Source: a virus (Duplodnaviria > Caudoviricetes). Taken from it: a stretch of DNA of 64,000 nucleotides. A program made the position numbers and the translations under genes. The stretch is taken from IMG/VR virus record IMGVR_UViG_3300028591_000014, positions 1-64,000 of that record, one strand, 5' to 3'. Every line of letters begins with the position of its first letter. Position 1 is the stretch's first letter. The notes under the pieces are model-generated. The model saw only the letters and a list, made by a program, of their open reading frames with translations, ran no database searches and had not been told where the DNA came from. Positions 56,386 through 64,000 of this stretch are shown here, piece after piece.

Positions 56386-59300
56386 GATATTCTATATTTG
56401 GTCGTAATGTATTGTATAGAGAAATCAGTATTGTTACTAGTAGACCACAATATAGATTGCATGGTCTTACCTTTAAGTCTTCCACCATATTGGTTAGAAG
56501 ATCTGGTATCTCTTGGTATATTTAATCTGAAGTCATACTCTCTGTTAGTAATTCCCTCGCCGTTCTTTAATTCTCCTTTTTGTTTAAGCGGAGTCTTATA
56601 TTCTGCATGTATTGGTTTCAGATCCTTTTCGTCTCCTCCATAGAATCTTCCACCTATCATTTGTATATCGAACGTCTTATTTATCGAATTTCTACTGTTA
56701 ACCACGTATTCTAACTTTGGGAATACGTTCGTATCAAACAGCGTAGAAGTATTGCTACTTACATTATTCTTATACACGCTGGTAGAACTTAATATGTACT
56801 GTTCATTATCAAACAACATTGTCCACATCGGCATAAACTTGTATACTGATGTAAACTTCTGTATATCTTCATTGAATACCAACGTTTCATTGTTTACACA
56901 CTGACACAAAACCTCATTGTACTTCTAATCAAACAGTAGCTTTGGATTATCATTTACAGCAGACTTGTTCATGTAGTTCTTACACAAGTGAGTGGTATTC
57001 AATGGCGTAGCTGAATATTTATCTGTATACTGTAATATTTCTTTATTATATTCATCCCACCAGTATAATGATCTGTTTGACTGTGTATCAGCAAACTGGT
57101 TTGCCTTCATTCCGTATGTTGTAGAGAAGTAATCAGACCTTTCAAGTACTCCACCAGTACCGAGTGTTACTTGTGTATCAGAAGAATCTTGTAATACAAT
57201 ACGCTCGTTTACTGCCAGCAATCCTGTAGCATGCTCTTGCCAGAATATAAGCTTATCTTTAAACAGCCTCATGTCTGTTATAGCACCGTGTCTAGAATCA
57301 ACGTCTAAGAAATTAGCCGCTTTAAATTGTAGCCAGTTATCAAACTTCTCTCCGTTTGTCTTCTGTTCTGAGAAATGCACACGAACATCATACTCTTCCG
57401 TCTGCTTTTCATATACACCAGAAGTAGTAAAACCTAATACATCTGGGTTAGCATTATACGATGTATCATATAGATAAGCCCCTTTATCTTGAGTATATCC
57501 TCTAAATGATACAGGTTCGTCTTGCACATTCCAACTTATACCTCCTGGAACAAATCTATGTCCATATTGTGCCTTTATATCTATATCTGAGAACAAAGGT
57601 ACTGCATATACAGTACACTGTTGATTTACATGCGTATACGTTGTATCATACCATGTATGTGCCGAATTAAATACAAACAAGCTAATGTAGCAGTCTCCAC
57701 ACTGCATGTCATGTTCTGCGCTATCATTAGCATCAAATACCTATCCAAAGGAGTAATATACACTATTCTCTCTGGCTTCTTGACTATCTCCTCCGTATGG
57801 GTTTGCTACTTTTCGTATATCCGCAACGTCAATGGATGGAAACCCATATCCCTCTGATCCAGTTTCGTTGTCTATATCAAAATATGTGCCCTGTTCTGTT
57901 TTAAACAATACAGATTTTCCAGATGTACCTGTAAAGTATGTCGCCAAAACAGCTTCTCCAGCACCTCTTACATTTGCCGGCAATAAGTCAAAATCATCTA
58001 TATTTCCCAGATTTGTTTTTATAGTGTCTTTTCTACCCTATGAAACTGCTATGGCCAATCCACATGCAGTCCACCCTATATAAGTTTTATTGGCGATTCT
58101 TGTTACATCGTCTATAATTCTAATGTTATCGTTTATAGAAAATGTATTATATTCAGGCACTTTTGGAAACGCACATTCTTCTATAGTCGCTTCTCTAATC
58201 CGATTCTATATATCCTTTTGTATACTAGGAAACATATAATTTAAAACGACCCTTCCAGAGTTTCTTCCTCCGAGAGCAGATAATCTTGGACCCATTCCGC
58301 TATAATCAGAGACGTCTTCAAGATCTACCGTGTTCTCAGTATATTCATTAGTACCAAGTAGTGTAGCCCATTCTCCATCACTCAATATGAACTATCCAAA
58401 ATCAAATCTATATGTATACTAATCGGCCTCTTTTTGCAGTATAACAGATTTTGTATTAACGTTGCTCTAATCTCGTAATATATATCCTGCCGGATACTTC
58501 TCTGCATCAAATATTTGCGTGTTGCATTTGTATTTAGCAACAGGGTATATTTTCATTGAACCTGAATATTGTTCATACAAATCCTACATGTCATCTGACT
58601 GATATACATACTCTGGAGATGCAAACATCATTATATCGCTACTCGACTCACATCTAACACGCCCTTCAGGGGTGATATAATTTATTTGTAAATTTTCTAA
58701 TGATATAAAACCAGTAGAACATAAGTAATCTCCGTATTCAGGATATCCACTGAGGGGATAATGATTGCTGATTTTGGTAGCACGGCCAATAAGACCCTGG
58801 CTTATTGTCTTTTTATCATTTAATCCGCGTAAACATCTGACGACCTCGTATTTAGAACAACCGGCAATATTTGCTTTTTGTCTAACTTTTACAACAATTG
58901 GATACGCTGTATAATCTGGAACATTATCGGTTATTGTTCTTTGATTAATCGATAGCCAATTATACTAACTATAGTCATCCAATATAAGATCTTGTACCCA
59001 TATTACAGATGAAGCATTACCTTTAGTGTCATATAATATTACACCAAATCTATACGTCTCTCCTGGCCTAAATGATGTCACTTGAATTTTATACGCATCT
59101 CCACCCTGATTTCCGTCCATATTTAACTCGTATCCAGTATCACTTGTATGAGCAGTGAGCTCAAAGTAATCTTCTGGATGTGCTTTTACAGCTTCAAACT
59201 TCTTGTCTACATCAGACTAAGCATAACGTATATTACCAGCAAATAAGTAGTCATTCTTTGATTCGATAACCTTAGGTATAATACCTAACGATAAGTATGA

Positions 59301-60185
59301 TACAAACTCTGGTACAGCTATATCGGCAATATCATTTGTACCAGTATCTACATAAGTACTATTTGGTGTATACTTCTGATCATATATGAGTTTTACTTCG
59401 GGTACTTGTCCATTTACTCTATATGTAATTCTGAACAATTGTATATGATCAAGATATTGTTTTACTTCCGGTAGTATTATATCAACAGCTCTACCGGTTT
59501 TGTTTACTTGAGGGTATCCTTCGTTCTTATTTTTATACAAACTCAATACGTTTGTAAGAGGAGATAACTTTGTAGCACTACCGTTATTAGAATACAACCT
59601 GTATGCATATTGTACTTTAGCGGGATTCAACTATCCTACGTTGTTAGATATTTCTACATGCAAAGGAAGCAGCATCACATCTGTATACGATGTGAGATAT
59701 TGTATCTCAGTAGGAATATCTGCTTCATTGGTGTAGGAAGTCTTTATGTTCAACGCCATTATCTGATGTTCTCCGTCTGCTATATACAATCTAAAGACAT
59801 CTGGAGATTCCCAACGAGTTAGTAAGCATGGGTTTTCTATCATATCTGAACATGGACCAAATATTCTTTCGGAGCTATTGTTTTCTTTTGTAAACTTATA
59901 TATGCTCCACCCGCCAGATACTTGCGCTACAATTATACCATACTGGCGTATACTAGTAGCTGCCAAGATTTTTACTATCTCGTTCTTATGTTCATCTTTT
60001 ATACAATTCGTACTACCTGTACCCTCTATCAAATGAAGTTCCCCTGTATTGCTGTCTGTATTTGTTATAAGCCTTAAATTCTCAGCAAATCTATATTGCT
60101 CAGGCTTTATCATAGAATCCGAGGTGTCTGTATTCATACCACCTAAGAAACTATTTATCTACATAAGGTTTTCATTAATATCCAT
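56376..60185 (-). CDS. Tail stabilisation/muzzle protein (~1269 aa, TAG read through)
   Basis: N-terminal Q(TAG)INSFLGGMNTD...YRFAENLRL typical of crAss-like stabilisation proteins; five fragments share a frame. Confidence 0.8.
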
Positions 60186-61053
60186 GATAGTAGTCGTTGT
60201 ATGTTATTTCTTCTTTTCCTATATGTTCAAAGAACGTATCGTCACCATCCCACTCTGGAATAAGTTTGTTCCAATCGTTCTTTATATTCTGCATATCGTC
60301 TGCTGTAGGCATTATAGCTTCTGCGTATGCTTGGTTCCTATAGAAGTTCCATTGTTGCTGTGTATAGAAGTAGCTATTAGCTGCGTACTTCTGTGCATAC
60401 TTAGAATCACCTCCAAGCTTTCCTGAAATCCATTTGGGGAACGTAAGCTTCATTACAACATACCAATATACAGCTTCTTGGTATGAAGACAGGTCTGGGA
60501 TTAGCGGGTAGCCACGTTCATCTGTAGCGATTGCCTTGTATGCAATCTTTATAAATCCATTCTTTTTGTTTGTTACAATCCAGCCTGGCTTTATAAAGTA
60601 TTCAGCTTTCTTATCAACCTGATCAGCGTACATCTTATCTACATACTTGGTTGTATTTATAGTATAGAACTAAGACTGTGATGTTATCTTCTTAAACCCA
60701 GGAGGTTGATGGAACATATCTCCGTGTTGGAGTGGATTCTTCTTTGGTCCTTTAAACACTGATGTAGATGTGCTCATAGGAGTCCAAGGACCGGTTGGCT
60801 TATGCGAGTAAGCAACTCCATCTAATACCGCAAGATCTGCAGGTATCGGCACTTGATAATCGCATATTTCATACACAGGTACACCATCTACGCCCGATTC
60901 TTTATGTATATATTGCGTCGGGGCGCCTATCTTGTCGATGGCTTCAAATATCCATTCGCGTATGTCGGTAATGCGCTACCGTACTTCAGAAGCATCTAAA
61001 TCTGCCATAATCTTTGCTATGACAGATTCACACTTTATATAATTGTATATCAT
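60175..61053 (-). CDS. Tail ring/tubular protein (~292 aa, TAG read through)
   Basis: MIYNYIKCESVIAKIMADLD...EWIFEA...TDERGYPLIPD; resembles crAss-like ring proteins. Confidence 0.7.
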
Positions 61054-61474
61054 TTATATCTATATAATCTTGTTTATTAAATATGAGCTGCGCTAGCTTG
61101 CGCTTATTCTATCTAACTAAACTTAGCTAGTATTTATATCTGTCTGGGAATGTGCGAGGTATCTTTGACCAAAAAAGTCTATATTTATATCCGTCAGAAT
61201 GTTCATTCAGGTGATATATCCGTTTATCGTATAGTTTACTTGCTTTGTAATCTACAGATAAAGAGTCTGCTGATAAAGTCTTAGGTAGGTATTTGCCCAC
61301 CTAAATAAAACCTAGCCCATATGGCATTTTAAAGCCTTCTGAGCCGTTTAATACGTGTTCTAGTATAACTTTACACATCTCGTCCAAAACGCGCTTGTAG
61401 AGGCTGTAATTGGCCTCTATTGGCAACTCTTTATACATATCCCTGAATGTAATAGACTACTTACTCTTCCTCAT
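61028..61474 (-). CDS. IHF/HU-like protein (148 aa, visible only with TAG read-through)
   Basis: MRKSKQ...FKMPYGLGFIQVGKY...YHLNEHSDGYKYRLFWSK; absent from the ORF track. Confidence 0.7.
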
Positions 61475-62192
61475 CCTGTGGACCATGTGGTTTTACGCTA
61501 GCAAGAGTAGCATTGTTGCTATCATCGCTAGGACGGTTGAGCATAAACGCCAATTCATTTTTTATGATTCTTTCTTTTATACCCGGGACCATCCATGCCG
61601 GAATCTCTACGGAATCCTCATCGTCTGGTGTATCTTCGCTGCCATCAGCTGTGTCATCTTTAACTTCTTGTAAGAACAACACGTATATATACTTAAGCTC
61701 TCCTTTATCATTCAAGCCTTGTATATACACGTGTCTATCGTCGCTATAATATCCTGTTAGCTCTCCAAATGTATATCTGCGCCAATAGTTATAGTGTCTA
61801 CGTATATGGTCCATATACTGTATATTCTCACCTTCCTGATCATGTATAGCAAGTATACTCTGCGGACTATTATCCAGTACGTTCTGCAGTTCTGCTACTG
61901 TACGCTTGGTGTAGATAGGTTTATCAGATTTAGATTTAACCTCCTCTAATGCTAACGGACCAACTTCGACTCGCTTAATAAACTCATCATCGTCTGTAAG
62001 CTCAGAATCAAAACCATACTGCTTTGCAATAAGCTTACGTCTTTCACGCTCCTCTTTCCATATCTGGTTTTTATAAGCCTTTATCCAGGAGTGTATCTGA
62101 GCTCTAGACAAGTCTTCGCTCTCGCTTATGTTGTTGTTTCTTACAAGTAGAAGTATATCGTCTGTTAGTGTTTTTAAAGAAATCTTAGCCAT
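61461..62192 (-). CDS. Tail ring-like structural protein
   Basis: 243 aa without an internal TAG; LKTLTDDILL...SESEDLSRAQIHSWI; function from context. Confidence 0.65.
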   Translation of the reverse strand: MAKISLKTLTDDILLLVRNNNISESEDLSRAQIHSWIKAYKNQIWKEERERRKLIAKQYGFDSELTDDDEFIKRVEVGPLALEEVKSKSDKPIYTKRTVAELQNVLDNSPQSILAIHDQEGENIQYMDHIRRHYNYWRRYTFGELTGYYSDDRHVYIQGLNDKGELKYIYVLFLQEVKDDTADGSEDTPDDEDSVEIPAWMVPGIKERIIKNELAFMLNRPSDDSNNATLASVKPHGPQDEEE

Positions 62193-62193
62193 G

Positions 62194-62850
62194 TTATTTT
62201 TTTACTTCTACTATTTTTACATCTTCTAACTTAACAAGGTCGTTGGTATTTACTATTTCATACTTATACTTATTAACCTTCTTAAAGTCAAAAGTAAAGA
62301 GCCTCTTTATAAAACTCTTTTTATTCCTATACTCTCTATTAGTATAGATATATAAATATTCAGTATTACGTATATCTAAGTTTATATTTACAGTATCTTT
62401 ACCAATAGTATATTTCACTAATGTGAGGTCATTACATCTTACACTATCAGAGTATATACTATCCTTCAATATAGTGATTAAATCTTCTTTGACCTCGTTA
62501 CTAATATTAACGTTTATCAACTATGTTTGAGTTGCAGCGGTTGTAACCTGTTTGGGTTTAATCTTAAGCTACTCACGAACACTATCTATCTCTTGTACAA
62601 GTTTATCATTGTACGTCTGTAATTCATCTACTGTTAGCTTTAAAACATTATTGGCCTACTAGGACCCCTATAAGGAGCCCTAATAGGCCTCAATGTTATT
62701 CTAAGCCATTTCTAGGCTTTCTGACAGCTTTTTATTTTGTCTGCTTAGAGTTATCCCCCAAGCCACTAAAAACGCAACAGAGAGGCCTACAATGGCCTTT
62801 ATGACGTTATTTCGATGAACTACTAACCACGTTAGTATTTCCCCTATCAT
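62194..62850 (-). CDS. Spanin-like protein (TM plus coiled coil, 218 aa, seven TAG codons)
   Basis: N-terminal TM and coiled coil; adjacent to the holin. Confidence 0.6.
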
Positions 62851-63100
62851 TTACCATCTATTTTAATTCGTCGTATTTCCTGTTCCATATGTTTGTACTT
62901 TCCTGGTACTTACCATTCCAGTACATAGTAACTCCAAAGATACTTGCAGCGTAAACAAGCGTCTGAGCGACGTATCCTAATATTCCGTTTGTAAGGTCTC
63001 CTGAATCAAAATACTGGAAATAGGCAAGTACAATACCGCTGGTCAATGATGCGACAGCAGTTGTGTACTGTACAATGTCTTTCCATCCTTTCATATTCAA
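62807..63100 (-). CDS. Putative holin (two TM helices; TAG at 62858 read through to TAA at 62807)
   Basis: Small two-TM protein with a charged C-terminal tail, next to the spanin-like gene. Confidence 0.65.
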
Positions 63101-64000
63101 TCCCTTTCATCGTTATACCACCCGCTCTGTTCACTAAGATCCAGAGGTATTGTAGTATAACCGTCATTAAGTCCAAATGTGATGACGTTATCATCCCCCA
63201 ACACAGCACTATCAAGATGCTTGTCCTCATACTCATATGCATCGGAATCCTCCCCAGAAGGAAGACCGTCGATGATTTGAGATACATTCATAAGAACTCC
63301 GGTATCGACACCTTCTTGTGTAGAACCTACGAGTTCGAATACGTTAGGAACATCTACTGTGATAGTCTTAAGGTTCTAAAGATTGTAGCCAGGTGCGTAT
63401 ACCTGAGCAATAATAACAATTTTATATACACCTGTATATCTCTATGCTGATGCAGGGAAGCTCAACTCAACAACATTCTGCTTGTTTGTAGCATAAACCT
63501 GCGCTCTATAACGCAGATCGTTGTTCTTTGGAAACTTCTTATAAATACCCTCCCAACAAGGATGTACTCCGAATCCAGCATAGGGAACAATTCTATGAGG
63601 ATACGGATGACAATGATACGTTGGGTGGCCACAGCATATATCGTAAGCAGTAGAATCAAACGCATTCACGTAGGGTTCTATCGGGTATCTACTAACGAAC
63701 TGCGGCTTCTTACAGCGCTGCATACGCTCTTCAATCTTGGACGTGTTGATAACGTATGCCTTTACTGAACGAATACATATAGGATTTCCAGTAGGCTGAA
63801 AATCTATAGACTTATCCGATGAGCTTGTGGATCCGTAGCCGTTGTTTGGATAATAAACTTCGTACTGCTTATTCACAAACTCATTGGAGTCTATATTTTC
63901 AAAATCCTGCTGAGGTCCTGTATATACTTCGCGTTCTGCAAGGTATTGTCCAGGATTAATATACTGACGAAGATCGATGGCGAAACGCAAATCATTGCCT
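63097..64000 (-). CDS. Late-region protein, 5'-truncated by the window (TAG read through)
   Basis: Fragments 63097 and 63442 share a frame and are joined through TAG. Confidence 0.6.

Noticed and set aside
30144-64000. Pseudogenised or frameshifted late region
   Set aside because: Fragments stay in one frame and break at TAG, which fits codon reassignment rather than decay

Overview
This window is part of a crAss-like (Crassvirales) Bacteroidota phage genome with two convergent arms meeting at a bidirectional terminator (~30.1 kb). The + arm (1-30.1 kb) holds early genes of unknown function, an ECF sigma factor, many structured RNAs and a replication module (PolB, DnaB-like helicase, Sak4-like ATPase, putative SSB, DnaG-like primase, resolvase-like and RecE-like nucleases). 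The - arm (30.1-64 kb) holds late virion and lysis genes. These look fragmented in the ORF track because TAG is read as a sense codon (probably Gln, code 15); recoded, they rebuild into a ~5,300-aa virion RNA polymerase, a ~2,100-aa zincin-motif protein, tail/ring proteins, a spanin-like protein and a holin. The most unusual element is a circularly permuted (two-piece) tmRNA gene at ~8.15-9.27 kb. Its T-loop is split by an 840-nt group I intron carrying an antisense homing endonuclease, and a CCA-ended mini-tRNA follows it. Other findings: a type III hammerhead ribozyme, several non-canonical tRNA-like elements (one a possible atypical amber suppressor), a ~2.1-kb ORF-poor structured region, and a GAGCC-N4/5-GAGCC motif arrayed four times in a non-coding region and abutting two replication-gene start codons. 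All calls were made by eye, with no database searches. Recoded genes were checked by frame arithmetic and spot checks, not codon by codon.
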